DNA of 60,883 nt from Negaprion brevirostris (GCA_030324005.1 JARDVH010000157.1:11953525-12014407); one strand, 5' to 3'. Shown: positions 38,488 through 51,988, numbered from the stretch's first letter. Notes: generated by a model not told the origin, from the sequence alone. Numbers and translations are program-made.

Positions 38488-39390
38488 TGTTGCATGTGAA
38501 ATATTCAATACATACACTTGGACCAGTTTATTACACATTTACTTAAATGTTTTTGCTTAAGACAAAGGACTGTGGTTCAAACTTAGCTTTATTAAAAACA
38601 CTCACAAGTTAAAGAAACAATTTTTAACAATAGATTAAGCTAACTTTCCCAAAAGTCGGCTAATTGCCTGAGAAATAGATATTACCCAGTCTGATGAAAT
38701 AGATTGGGCTGTTGGATTCAATTCACTGAGATCATGGTGACAGATAAATTCAGGGTCCTTTTAGGATGAAAGTGGATCTTGCTTGTCTCTTGCGTCATCT
38801 CAAGTCACAGGAGAATTGATGGAGTCTTCACCAGAATATGTCTTGAAAATGGCAGTTTTTATACTTCCCCTTCCTTCTTCGAATGTTCCCTAGCTTTCAG
38901 CCAATGGGGTGACAAGGCGGGGATCACAAAACCCATTGAGGCTAGGCAGGTCATCCTAGTTGTACATATCTCTTTCCAGAATATGGTTAATAGCAGGGAG
39001 TCTGGCTGAAACTAGGGACTATGCAATCATAATGTTTTCTGGGTAAGTAACTCCTGATGGGTTTCAGGCTATAATGACTCTTCCATTGCAAAGTTTGAGC
39101 CTCCCTATTCAACATGTAAAAGGTCTGGGTTCTGGTTTCAGGTCACAAGGGCTTCCCTATTGTTAAGGTGAAGTACCCTTGTTCAATATGGGAGACAGTT
39201 CTGCTATGTATCCCTGTTGGCTTTTGATCTGTGGTAACCTCATAGAAGCAGTTTTTTGTTGTATTAATTTAAAATGTCCAGTCTTACGTTGGGCTCAATT
39301 TCTCAGGCCTTGTCCATTTGACCAGAAGGCTGAAGTGAATACATTAAGAAAACATTAAATGTATATATAGATATATATAGGGATACAACA
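38488..39390. mobile_element. Possible solo LTR
   Basis: TGTTG...CAACA termini, minus-strand AATAAA near 38590; no TSD. Confidence 0.35.
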
Positions 39391-39744
39391 CAGTGACCTA
39401 ACCTTGAATCCTAGATTAACAGTAACCCAGAGGTGTTATCTAGAGACTGAGTTTTGAAAAGCTGTAAGAGAAGCCACTTCTGCTGGAAGAGGAACATGGA
39501 AATGTCCCAACCTGCAAAAAGCTGCTAAGAAAACACAGACAAGGAAAAGCTAGTATAAATGGAAGGCTGCAAGTAAAAGTGACAAAATGACTGTAAATTT
39601 TCCACCCCCAGCTCCTGTCTAAATAAAAGAAGATATGCAGAAGAACTGGCAATTTTTTCACTTGCAATGGTAAAATGATGAGGTTGCAACAGATTTAATT
39701 AACAAGGCAGAACCAATAAAACTAGCAACACTTGGAAAACTAAA

Positions 39745-40410
39745 GTAAAATTAAAATACGATGGATGTTGGAAATCTGAGAAAAAAATAGAAAATGCTGG
39801 AAAAACTCATCAGGGGTGGCGCGGTAGCACAGTGGTTGGCACTGTTGCTTCACAGCTCCAGGAACTTGGGTTTGATTCCTGTTTTGGGTCACTGTCTGTG
39901 TGGAGTTTGCACATTCTTCCTATGTCTGCGTGGGTTTCCTTCGGGTACTCCAGTTTCCTCCCACAGTCCACAGATGTGTAGGTTAGGTTAATTGGCCATG
40001 CTACACTGCCTCATAGTGTCCCGGGATGTGTAGATTAGCGGGTAAATGTGTGGGGATATGGGGATAGGGCCTAGGTGGGATTGTGGTTGATGCAGACTCG
40101 ATGGGCCGAATGGCCTCCTTCTGCAGTGTAGAGTTTCTATGATTCTAGGTCTGGCAGCATCTGTGGAGAAGGAAAAAGAGTTAACATTTTGAATATATCT
40201 CTGTTTCAGAATTAAAGTGAGGGAGGAATGAGATAGATTATGCACTGAATAAGAGTGGGTGGAACAAGTGGAGCAAAATAGAATGTCAGTGATAGGTGGG
40301 AGCTAGTGATTGCAACAAAGGTGTGTAAAGCACAAGACAGAGGAAGTGATAATGGCAGTGTGATGGATTATGGAAGGTGCTGATAGTGACATTAAGGTAA
40401 GATAGCTGAA
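39745..40410 (-). mobile_element. Penelope-like-derived fragment split by an HE1 SINE
   Basis: GAAAATGCTGGAAAAACTCATCAGG | TCTGGCAGCATCTGTGGAG rejoin across the SINE. Confidence 0.65.
39814..40146 (+). mobile_element. HE1 V-SINE, full length
   Basis: tRNA-like head, V-domain, HER1 tail GATGGGCCGAATGGCCTCCTTCTGCA...CTATGATTCT. Confidence 0.92.
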
Positions 40411-41107
40411 TGTGTTACTTTTAACACTGCTGGATAGAGACCGCTACACATTGCATTCTACTCTAAATCTATCCAAAGAACAAAAAAAGACTGCAGAAAT
40501 CTTGAAAGCTTTGGAGACACATTTTGAATCCCAAGTGAACATAACTTATGGACGATGTGTGTTCAATATTAGGAATCTAGGTGAAAAAGAGTCCATTGAC
40601 CATTATGTGACTGTGGTGACATAATCAGAATCATGTGAATTTGGGCTATTAAACAGAAATCTCATTAAAGATAGAATTGTCATAAGTATAAGAGATCCAA
40701 CAGTGAGAATATGTCTACTGAAAGAGGAGAAACTTATTCGCAAGAAAGTATTAGACATATGCAGAAGTTCAGAGATCATAAAGCATCAGTTAGAACACAT
40801 ACATGGCAGAAAGACAGCAGAGGAGTACAAATTTATGTTGACAGAGTTTGGATTCTTACCTGGAGAATATCATCTCAAAGTAGATGAGAGTGTAGGACTA
40901 ATTCAGCAACTACCAAGAAATGGGCCAGCTGCCCTCAAATCAAGCCTAAAAAGCAAAATAGAAGAGCTGGAAAAAAAGAGAATAATCAAGAAAGTGACAA
41001 CTCCTACAGACTGGATTAGCATGGTAGCAATGAAACAGCCTGGAAAGCTGAGAGTATGCTTAAACCCAGAGGATCTAAATCACTGAAGAAATCTCACTAT
41101 CCCATTC

Positions 41108-43158
41108 CATTTGATTTGATTTATTATTGTCACATGTATAGGTATATAGGGAAAAGTGTTGTTTGTGCACACTATAAAGACAAAGCATACCATTCATAGA
41201 GAAGGAAAGGAGAGGGTGCAAAATATAATGTTACAGTCATAGCTAGGGTGTAGAGAAAGATCAACATAGGGTGAGGTAGATCCCTTCAAAAGTCTGATTG
41301 CAGCAGGAAGTAACCTGTTCTTGAGTCAGTTGGTACATGACCTCAGACTTCTGTAACTTTTTCCTGATGGAAGAACGTGGAAGAGAGTATGTCCAGGCTA
41401 TGTGGGGTCCTTGATTATGCTGATTGCTTTACCAATGAAGTGGGAAGTGTAGTCAGATCAATGGATGGGAATCTGATTTGTGTGATGGACTGGGCTTTGT
41501 TCATGATGCTTTTTAGTTTCTTGTGGTCTTGGTCAGAGCATGAACTATACTAAGCTGTGATACATCCAGAAAGAATGCTTTCTATGTTGCATCTGTAAAA
41601 GTTAGTGAGAATCGCTGTGGGCATGCTGAATTTCCTTAGCATTCTGAGAAAGTAGGGGGGGTGAGTTGACTTTCTTAATTATAGAATCGGTGTGGAAAGA
41701 CCAGAACAGGTTGTTGGTGACCTGGCCACCTAGAAACTTGAAGGTATCAACCATTTCCACTTCATCCCCATTTATGTAACTGGGGCACGTTCTCCACTAT
41801 TGTTTTACTGACACTGAAGGAGAAATTATTGTCACCACCCCGATTCACCAGTTTCTCCATCTCTTTCCTGTACTCCACCTCATCATTATTTGAGATCCGA
41901 CCCACTACAGTGTGTCATCAGCAAACTTGAAAATCGAACTGGAGGGGAATTTGGCCACATACTCATAGGTATGTAAGAAAGAGAGTAAGGGGCTGAGCAC
42001 CCAGCCTTGTGGGGCAACAGTGTTGAGGATAATCGTGGAAAAGGTATTGTTGCCTATCCTTACTGATTGTAGTCTGTGGTTAAGAAGTCCAGGATCCAGC
42101 CACAGAGGGAGAAGCTGAGCTCCAGGACATGGAGTTTGGAGATGAGTTTTATAGGAATAATGGTGTTGAAGGCAGAGGTGTAGTCACTAAATAGGAGTAT
42201 GACGTAAGTGTCTTTGTTATCCAGGTGTTCCAGGGTTGAGTGTAGGGCCAGGGAGATGGCATCTACTGTGGACCTGTTGTGGTGATAGGCAACTGTAGTG
42301 GATTCAGGCAATCCGGGAGGTCAGAGTTGATCCATGCCATGACTGACCTTTTGAAGCACTTCATAATGATGGATGTCAGAGCCACTGGGCGATAGCCATT
42401 AAGGCATGCTGCTTGGCTTTTCTTTGGTACAAGGATGATACTCATCATCTTGAAGCAGGCTGGGACCTCAAATCATTGTAAGGAGAGGTTAAAGATGTCT
42501 GCAAAAATCCTATCAGCTGTCCAATGCTGGATCTAAGTGCTCCTTAAGTACCCATCTGGGCCAGTCACTTTCCGTGGGTTAACTTTCAAGGAGGTTGATC
42601 TGATGTCTGCAATGGTGACTTCAGACACTGGTTCGGCCAAGGCTTCTGGGGCGGAAGGAGTACTCTCACTGACCTCTTGCTCAAAATGGGCAAAGAATGC
42701 ATTGAACTAATTGGGGAGGGCTGCATTGGTGCTGGTAATTCTACATGTCTTCATCTTGTAGCCTGTTATGTCTTGCAGACTTTGTTATAATCGGTGGGAG
42801 TCTGTGTGGCTAGTGGGACTCCAGCTTGGTTCAGTACCGTCTCTTGGCATTTTTGATGGTTCTCCATAGATCGTATCTGGATTTCTTGTATAGGTAAGAG
42901 TCATCTGACTTGAATACCTCGGACCTAGACTTCAGCAAGCAGTGGATATCCCTGTTCATCTATGGTTTCACTTGGGAAACACATGGATTTACTTCTTTGG
43001 CACAGTCTTCCACGCACCTACTAATAAAATCTGTTACTGTAGTGACGTATTCATTCAGATTGGTCATTGAATTCTTGATCATCCACTGACTCTAAGCAGT
43101 CCCGTAGGAGATCATCCTATCCCTCAGACTAGCATTGCATGACTTTCTTCATCGGATT
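41108..43158 (-). mobile_element. Rex1/Babar-type LINE, 5'-truncated
   Basis: [46 protein letters not shown]; tail TGTGACAATAATA(AATCA)n. Confidence 0.9.
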
Positions 43159-43256
43159 GCCAACCATTGAAGGAATTTTGTCACAGCTTTCCAAAGCAAA
43201 GATCTTCACTATTCTAGATGTATAGGATGATTACTATGAAGTAAACATCCTTTAAG

Positions 43257-43617
43257 TCGGTGGCATGGTGGCTCTGTGGTTAACACTGTTGCCTCACAAA
43301 TCCAGGGAATCATTTCCAATTCTGGTCTTGGGTGATTGTGTGGAGTTTACACATTCTCCCCATGTCTGCGAGGGTTTTCTCCAAGTGCTCCGGTTTTCTC
43401 CCATGATCCAAAGGTGCGCAGGTTAGGTGAATTGGCCATGGTAAATTGACCTTTAGTGTCCCAAGATGTAGGTTGGATAGATCAGCCATGGGAGATGTGA
43501 TGGGTTATGGGGATAGGGCAAGGGCTGGGTCTGTATAAGATACTCTGTCAGAGAGTCGGTACAGACTCGATGAGCCAAATATCCTCTTCTGCACTGTTGG
43601 GATTCTATGATTCTATG
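43257..43617 (+). mobile_element. HE1 V-SINE inside Gypsy RT
   Basis: Head GGTGGCATGGTGGCTCTGTGGTTAAC, tail (ATTCTATG)n. Confidence 0.88.
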
Positions 43618-43659
43618 AGATAAAGCTGGATGAAAACTGAAGCTTTTTAATCACTAAGA

Positions 43660-43853
43660 GAAAAGCAAATTACTATGGATGCTGGAGTCTGAAGCAAAAG
43701 TAGAAAATACTGCAAAATGTCAGCAGGTTTGATAGCATCTATGGAAAGAGATTAGAGGAAGTTTCAAGTCTGGATGACTCTTAGTCAGAACCCCATTCTC
43801 TCTCTACAGATGCTGTCAGTCTGCTAAGATTTTCCAGCATTTTCTGTCGTTGT
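43660..43853. mobile_element. Palindromic Penelope-like-derived element inside Gypsy RT
   Basis: Inverted arms; minus-strand CTGACTAAGAGTCATCCAGACTTGAAAC. Confidence 0.7.
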
Positions 43854-46602
43854 AGCATCCTAACTACATTCTGGATGCCATTTAGGATATATGGATGGTT
43901 ATGCATGCTTTTCGACATTTCCATGGCTCCTGAAGAGTATCAACACAGATATGGAATAATCAGTGATCTTCCCAGAGTGGAAGCCACTGTGGGTGTCCTT
44001 CTAGTCTATGGATGTGGAGACACAATGGATCAAGTCATAGTGATCAAAGTTTAATATAACTGTTAAGGAAAGGTTGTTAGATGAACCAGCAGCTGAACAA
44101 GAAAAAATAGCAATTGAAGAATCCTGAAGTCAAGAACATGGGTCATATACTGACAGCACAAGATCTTCATCCACATCCTAACAAGGTAACAGTTCTAGCA
44201 ATAAAGTAGCAACCAACAATGTGAAAGTACAAGGGATGTTTGGATTTGTGAACTATTTAACATATTTTGCCTAATTTGTCATTGGAATGTGAATCATTAC
44301 ACAAGCTCACTGCTAAGGATGTGACGTTGTATTGGGACACAGAAAAATAAATAAAATTCAGTAAAATCAAACATGACAACACCGCTGCTGAGCTACTATG
44401 ACATCGATGACATTGATGCCAACCAGACAGGTCTTTGAGAAGCCCCGAATGTAGCAAAGACAGCCAGATGCATGTGCACCTAGGGCATTAATGCAAACTA
44501 AACGACACTGTGTTCAGATCGAGAAAGAGTGTCTGGCTATAGTTTTTGCTTGTGAGCATTTTTACCAATACCTGGAAGGCAATCCTTGAGAAAAGAAACA
44601 CACACCTGAAGGAATGGCAAATAGTCCAGTCCAAACACCAATGTCACACAGCAACGAAACTACTCTTCTAATAGTAAAAAAGCTACTGAAGCTGGGCATA
44701 GTAACAGACATGAGTAAAAAATCAAGGTGAAATGGCAGAGAGCCAAATTTCATTTTAACAGGATTGTCAGGCTATTACCAGAGTTGAGTATTGGAGAGAC
44801 AGTCAGGGCACAAATCTTCAAAAGTCAGCCCACATGGCAACTTGCGTAGAGCAGTTGTCATCTTAATCATATGTAGTGGAAGTTAACGGCCAAAGATACC
44901 AGTGCAACTGCAGGCACATACAAACAACTAGAGAAACTGTTCCTTCACTGCAGATGGCTGATCAGGAAATAGGGATCACAACAGCAGCACAGAATACAGA
45001 ACAGCCATTAGTCCGAGGTCTACCAATCCTCAGTAACAGAAATGGGACAACAAGAACAGTTACCATGGCAACAGTAAGTGCCATGGAAATTACAGTCCCA
45101 GGAGATGGAACATCATCCAGATGAACAGCCAATGACAACATGCAAGTGTACCGTTAACAATTTGACAACTATATATGCAATGCATGAGCAGTGATTGGCA
45201 AGAATAATAAAGAGTTTGTTAATGCATGAGAATAGTTGGGGTGACTTGGGTAACTCACAGTTACACATGGTAGTGCACACAAATTTGTATTTTGTTCATG
45301 AGGAAAAGGGGAATGTTTGGGTTTTGAAATGCAATCTGTGATGAGCGACTCCCTCGTAACAGGCTACATAAAACTGACATTGATTCTCTTTGAAACATTG
45401 GCTGAGATTTTACCAGCAGTGAGGTAAGCCTTAATGTTGGGATCAAACTGAGCAGCGACAGTAATCTTTCTAGTGGTAGCATCTTAATTTGCTACCATTG
45501 GGCCCACCATTTAATTTGGAACGATGGGTTGGCTTTCCTCACAGCTGTCCCAATCAGAGGACCAACAGCTTGGCAACATCGGCAGTGCCAGCAGGAGAGA
45601 TGGCTGCTGCTGGACCTCAAGAGAAATAGGAAGACACCCTTGCAGGTGAGTTGGAATTTTCCTTTCTGTTGTGGGACAGGCATGTAGACCCCAGTGATTG
45701 CAGGGACAATGTCTCCAACAGCAGCAAGAGGGCCATAGGGTGGCCTTTGCTACTAGGGGCTCTTTCCTTGGATCTTGGAGCCTACGAATATGATAATCTT
45801 CCCCCTAGGAAGCCACAGGGAGGACGCATCCATGCAGCTGGTGATCTCACTGTACTTTTCTGCATAAGTGCAAACATTCTCTGTACCTTCAAGCTGTTTT
45901 GAAGGCTGTATTTTTAGAGGAGGCTGTTCCAAGACCTCTCCAATGATTCCTTTTTCACTCATCTTTAAAAACAAGAGCTGTTAACTGATCAACTAGGTCT
46001 GAGAAATTTGTTGAACAGTATAATCTGGCTGTCTTTAACAGGCCTGCTCCCAAACAGCTCCTTGACTTATAAGCCATTATTGTTAAAAAGACTGAGGCCC
46101 ACTAATATACCAGCATTTTAACTTTTCCTTTCCTTGTTCAAGTTCTTCTATCCACACATAGCACTTCCCACAGACCTCCCTCAAATTATGTCTTTCATCT
46201 GATGAGGTAGACTAATGCATCTTCAATGCTATTTGGACACCAATGGAGGAAGAGAATGGGGGAGTATCTTTGGCAGCCTTCCTCTTTTGAGATGGTGGTT
46301 TGCATCTTACTGGTCAACCCTGTGTTAAACATTGTCTGATGTGGCTCAGGAGCCCTACTTTGGTAAGTCTCTGGCACTTTTTCTGCAAATACAAACAGTG
46401 AGTTGAGAAAGTTCAGGATTTGCTGGCTCTTTTTTTATCTTGACCCTCTTCCCAGCTGGTTGAGCTTTCTGTTTCTCTTTTGGGGAGTCTACTGACTTAC
46501 TATTCCATTGACTAAGTAAACAGTATCTGGAGTGATTCTTTAATGTCCCACGAAGTTGCAATTTTCCACTTCACTTATTCCACAAGATCCTAAACTCAGA
46601 CA

Positions 46603-46676
46603 AAGAACAAAGAACAAAACCAGCCCGGGAAACAGGCCCTTCGGCCCAACGAGCCCGCGCCGCCATCTCAACACCA
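46603..46676 (-). mobile_element. Young CR1 3' end running into a gap
   Basis: (AAAGAAC)n ... CAGGCCCTTCGGCCCAACGAG. Confidence 0.75.
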
Positions 46677-47218
46677 NNNNNNNNNNNNNNNNNNNNNNNN
46701 NNNNNNNNNNNNNNNNNNNNNNNNNNNNNNNNNNNNNNNNNNNNNNNNNNNNNNNNNNNNNNNNNNNNNNNNNNNNNNNNNNNNNNNNNNNNNNNNNNNN
46801 NNNNNNNNNNNNNNNNNNNNNNNNNNNNNNNNNNNNNNNNNNNNNNNNNNNNNNNNNNNNNNNNNNNNNNNNNNNNNNNNNNNNNNNNNNNNNNNNNNNN
46901 NNNNNNNNNNNNNNNNNNNNNNNNNNNNNNNNNNNNNNNNNNNNNNNNNNNNNNNNNNNNNNNNNNNNNNNNNNNNNNNNNNNNNNNNNNNNNNNNNNNN
47001 NNNNNNNNNNNNNNNNNNNNNNNNNNNNNNNNNNNNNNNNNNNNNNNNNNNNNNNNNNNNNNNNNNNNNNNNNNNNNNNNNNNNNNNNNNNNNNNNNNNN
47101 NNNNNNNNNNNNNNNNNNNNNNNNNNNNNNNNNNNNNNNNNNNNNNNNNNNNNNNNNNNNNNNNNNNNNNNNNNNNNNNNNNNNNNNNNNNNNNNNNNNN
47201 NNNNNNNNNNNNNNNNNN

Positions 47219-47600
47219 CATGCCTGATACCTGATTTTGAAAGCAACTGCTCTACTTGGGACTTAGTCATGACAGGAGATTCCCAGAAGAACAGCAGAAA
47301 TGCTTTTAGAATGTCCTTCAAATATCTCTGTAGAAGTAAAAAGCACCAGCCAACACATGAAAAACCCTGATTTGTGACTGGCCAAAATGGAGAAGGCTCA
47401 GTTGGGAAGGCGTCAAACGTATTGTAAGACATCATCAGGAATGTGCAGAAGTGAAGTCAGGGTGTCAGAGGGAGCACATAAACTTTCAAACTCAACCCAT
47501 CTTTCAAGCACCACCTGCCCTGCACGTGGTGCAGTCACCAGATCCTGCATGGAGTGGAAGTAAGTCGTCTTCAATCCCAAGGGACTGCCTAAGAGAAGAG
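47219..47600 (+). mobile_element. RTE-clade LINE 3' end
   Basis: Decayed MPD..LKQLLY..L...R...QQKCF.NVL..SL and WPKWRRL.WEG C-terminal motifs; GGGACTGCCTAAGAGAAGAG end. Confidence 0.7.
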
Positions 47601-48157
47601 ACTAGTCACTATTGATAATGACAGTTGTAATATTATGTCATCATAGAGTTAAAAAACCTTTCTAGTTGTGTCTGTAGCTCTGTGTTTAGTGAGTCATATT
47701 TTCAGTTAAATAAGACTTCTCTTATATTAATAATAGTTTTCTGTTATGGGACCATCATTAATTGACTATGAACTATTGTAGTACCACATGGCAATGTAGG
47801 TGTAAAGTTTCTTTATTCTGTCAATCTCAAACCACAGACTGTAGTTCAATTTACCACTGATTCAGCATTCTATCTGACCCTGAAGAGAGCTTCTGTCCCC
47901 ATATCCTTTCCATCACCATTGCTTCACCTCCTTGTCTCCATTTCTGCCTCAGTTCAACTGTTGGTGTAATCCCCATCAATGCTCTTATTATCTCAATACC
48001 TAATAATTTCAATGCTCCTAGCCAGCATTCAACTTCCATCAGTAGTTTCTGAAGATTCTGTCTGAAACTTGATAGTAAACAGCATGTCCAAAGCCAGAAA
48101 GGGACTACAACTAATGGGCCACCTCCCAATACCTCAGACAGGTAATGGCAGGTTAGT

Positions 48158-48328
48158 AGAAACAGAATGTGATGGAAAATCTCGGCTGGTCTGGCAGCAT
48201 CCACAAATATTGAGCTTGAAACATCTCTTTTTCTCTCCCCATAGTTGCTGCCAGACCAGCTGAGTTTCTTGAGCACTTTCTGTTCTTAACTTCGATCTCC
48301 CAGCATTCGCATTATATCGCTTTTATTA
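48158..48328. mobile_element. Palindromic Penelope-like-derived element
   Basis: CTCGGCTGGTCTGGCAGCA / TGCTGCCAGACCAGCTGAG inverted arms. Confidence 0.65.
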
Positions 48329-49489
48329 TACGCAGGTTCATAGGATCCTGGATATCCCCCTGATTCAAACTTCAAAGGATCATCAAATTATCTAACTTCC
48401 ACCTAATCCCCCCCCCTACAATTTTGTTATTTTGTTTGTGTGCATAACTATGCCAATAATCCTGAATGTTTGAATATTCACCCAAATCAACCCTGGAGCA
48501 AATTTGCAAAAGCAATTTATAATATTTTTGTTTGTACCCTGCTTGTTGAAGATAATTTAAAACACTTTGATGGAAAATTTAAGGTTGTATCATTCACACT
48601 TGGATTGGCATCTGTGGTAGAAATTTTAAACAGCAGTTAATTTACAATAATGCCTTACCTTTCCACAGGAGTTGACTTCACTGATTGGAATTTTTAGATG
48701 TTCATGCGCGTGCGTGGATGGGTGTGTGTGTTTAGGTACATGTTTGTATTTGGGTTCATGTTCGATAAGAGTATGGAATACTGTGGAGTTTTGTGTAAGG
48801 CACAAAAGCTGTGTTGGTTGAATTTGGAGGTGCATGTTCTCTGTGAATAAAAGTGTATAAATCTGTTAAAACTGAGCTCTATTTCTATCCTTCACTGCTT
48901 GGTTTTCCTNNNTGTAACACTAACAGGGCATAAGCAATCACCCAAACGCTTTTGAGCAGCTGAAGTTGGTGACGGAGATGAGGGGTAATCCAATGCAGCA
49001 GAGGCGAAAGAAGCTGCTCGCCTGCAACGTTCTTTTTGAGAGCACCATCTGCTACATGTTTAAACAGCATGATCCCAAGAGAGAAGCTGCAATCTGAAGA
49101 TCTGGCTGTTCAAACATTTCACAAATAGAGGAAAGTGGATGGTTTGCTTACACCCCTGATAGTATGATAATGCTTGGTTCATTTAATATTTTGGAAAGGG
49201 GGCAAGACAAATAGGCAGTCAAATATTGCACCACTTGCATTTAAAAACGACGTGCTCTTGTATGTACTCTTTCACGCTGCAGTGTGTCATAAAGAAATTA
49301 AGGCTGGATGAAATAGGGATAAAAATACAAGGATCTGTTTGACCTGTACCTCTTCCAGGCAGCTCCTGTTCCTACAATGTGAGGTTAAGAGTAAAGTAGG
49401 AGTGAGTTAACATGCACGTGAGACTGCACATCCCCTCCTCTCTGCCAGTACAAGAAGAGCAGTACCTGTATGTCTTTGCCAACCAATGT

Positions 49490-49920
49490 TAACCATGCCT
49501 TTAGTTGTCTAGGCCCTAAGCTTTGGAATTCTTCCCTAAACTTCAAACCCTTTACCCGTTCTGCTTGTTTGAATTTCTCTACCGCACCATCATTATTTAC
49601 ATTTAAGGCTTTGATAGACAGATCCAAGTTTCTCAGGGAATCAAGGGATATAGTGAGCAGGTGAGAAAGTGGAATTGAAGCCCAAAATTAACTTTGATCA
49701 TGTTAATTGGTGGAGCAAGCTTGAAGGGTCAATATGGTCTACGCTTGCTACTGTTTCTTTTGTTCTTACGTCCAAAGCATTTGTTTTTCATCAATTGCTT
49801 GGTCACCTCTCCTAATAACTTCTTACGTGGCTTAGAATCAAATTTTGTCTGATAATGCTCTTGTGAAGCACTTTGGAACATTTTACTATGTGAAAGGTGC
49901 TACATGCATGCAAATGTTTG
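49490..49920 (+). mobile_element. L2-like LINE 3' end with nested CR1 tail (49595-49770)
   Basis: HAFSCLGPKLWNSSL; tail TGTGAAGCACTTTGGAACATTTTACTATGTGAAAGGTGCTA. Confidence 0.7.
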
Positions 49921-50488
49921 TAGCTGTGTTACCCATAGTGCTGTTCTGTCACTAATATCCTAAGAAGTATTTTTGTCTTATTTCTTAACCAGAAAAAATG
50001 TTTTAATGAATTTGGTCAAACTATTTGATTTTCCGAGGTAAATTCCTACCCTAACCCCTCAATCTTAATTCCCCAATTTCAGTCTCCACCCCCCTCCCTC
50101 TACCCCCACCCTTCCATTTTCCACTTAGAAACCTTCACTTTAGAAGCTACATCAAGATTCTGTCAAGGAACAGTGAATTGTGCCTGGTATCAAGTTTTTC
50201 TGCTCCAAAATGTTTCAACATTTGAATAAATGGATTAAAGTCTTCAGAGAGAGAAGAGAAGTAAATCAGGGACAAAGGATAAACAGTGAAAAATGAACAC
50301 TGTTACAGTGCAGAGAAACAACTGTGGAGCTGCACTGAATGAAAGAAGGAAGACCATTATATGAAGACAGAGTCGAATGCAATATAGATGAATGAAAATT
50401 GCTGAGATATGCTGCTTGTATCATCATTTCTAATGCACAGTCCACTTACTTATAGAGCAGAGAACATAAACACATCTCACATGCTTAC

Positions 50489-50668
50489 AGAAATCGAGGA
50501 TGATTATGAATTGGAAACCGAGGGGAAAATCAAGCACTCAGGTCAATGATGTATCATCGGCCATTTGCATGGGCAAACTGGCAGTGAAATATCACAGCTT
50601 ATAGTGTTAACATCTTCTGAATAAAGCTGTTAGTTTTGTTGAACCTCCATGGCCTTCTAAAGTCAATC
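50489..50668 (-). other. Candidate 180-nt non-coding exon
   Basis: Acceptor GTGTTTGCAG, donor CT|GTAAGC; stops in all three frames. Confidence 0.2.
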
Positions 50669-51692
50669 CTGCAAACACCACACAAAAGTGGCCATGAGGA
50701 CATCGAACAGCCACTGGGGAAAATAAATTGTTGAAAAATTCAAAGAAAATAACTTTGAAGAGATCTCGCCTTGTGCTGCGCCTGAAACTCATGATAACCA
50801 TGAGTAGCAGGTTCCCCGCAACAAAAATTTAGAGTTGGGAACGTATTAAAACACAAAGAAAACAAGCTGATCTTGGGTTGTGTCTTCATGTAGGAGAAAA
50901 AAAGTATTGTAATGCTAAATGTTTGTGACACATTGTGCACAAGCAAATCCTTCCATAATGAAAATGGCAGAAATTTGTGGTGTCGGGAGACCGTTTGATG
51001 AGAATATGGAGCAATGGAATTCACATACAGAACAGTTTGACCGTTTTGTTNNNNNNNNNNNNNNNNNNNNNNNNNNNNNNNNNNNNNNNNNNNNNNNNNN
51101 NNNNNNNNNNNNNNNNNNNNNNNNNNNNNNNNNNNNNNNNNNNNNNNNNNTGACCGTTTTGTTCAAGCTAACAAGATAGCAGTAGATATAAAAGTTCCCA
51201 CATTCCTCAGCATAATGGGTGTTGGGGGAACATTTAGTCTCCTCAGGAGTCTGGTGTAGCCAGCAAAACCGAGCGTATAGACATACAAAGAAATAATGGA
51301 AATTTTGCTGGCTACTTTTCACCAAAACCCGCCATCGCAGGTTTAGATTTCATAAATGCAATCAAAAAGAGGGGGAATTGATTGCACAATTTGTAGCTAC
51401 CCTGGAAAAACTGGTTGAAAACAGCAAATTCGGGGATGTGTTAAATGATACCATCAGAGGTGGATTAGTTTGCGGAATAAGGAGTGAGGCTATTTAAAAG
51501 CGATTGTTAACCAAAATCAAGCTGGCCTTAAGGAAAGCTTTGGAGTTGCTGTATCCAGCCAGAGAACCTCAACAGTTCAATTCAAGAATTCACAAGATGT
51601 CAGCCAAAACCCAAATGCAAACACAGACTCACATTTGCCATGATTGTGCAAACACCAGACACCCAGCAGCAGATTGTTGGTGCAAAGACATA

Positions 51693-51817
51693 CACCGGAA
51701 TTCTACTGTCCCGCCTGCCACGGAATTGGAGCAGGCAAGGAGCAGACATTGGAAGTGTCCATTAACCTCAGATGGGAATTGCCAATCTCACTCGAGCAAG
51801 ACAGTAAAATCCCACCT
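51693..51817. mobile_element. ~120-bp MITE between the two gag zinc knuckles
   Basis: CCGGAATTCTACTG...CAGTAAAATCCCACC imperfect TIRs; same family as 58559-58685. Confidence 0.65.
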
Positions 51818-51988
51818 ATCATGTGTAGAAACTGTGGAAGAGAGGGCCACATTGAATGTGCATGTTGGAAAAAAAGGCGTACTTCAGGCAAAAAGGTTGC
51901 AGAAAGCAAGAGCCAAATAAAACAAATGGCATGCTGAATAAAAGAAACAGTGTTCATGTATTATATAGAAAAATTGAAGGCGACGCAT

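Larger units (their letters stand above)
40410..45361 (+). mobile_element. Gypsy retrotransposon remnant (gag, RT, RNase H, integrase end, PPT, short LTR) with three nested insertions
   Basis: KALETHFESQ; IKKVTTPTDWISMV..GKLRVCLNPEDLN; SHYPIP|TIEGIL; TFWMPF..APEEYQ; QIEKECLAIVFACEHF; PPT at ~45300. Confidence 0.9.

Noticed and set aside
39814-39890. tRNA-like sequences
   Set aside because: SINE heads continuous with SINE bodies, not tRNA genes
46556-47435. ORFs over 200 aa
   Set aside because: They are translations of N gaps; the same applies near 53155-53673
49049-49064. 16-mer CTGCTACATGTTTAAA shared with the minus strand near 15700
   Set aside because: No flanking similarity; compatible with chance in a 61-kb AT-rich window
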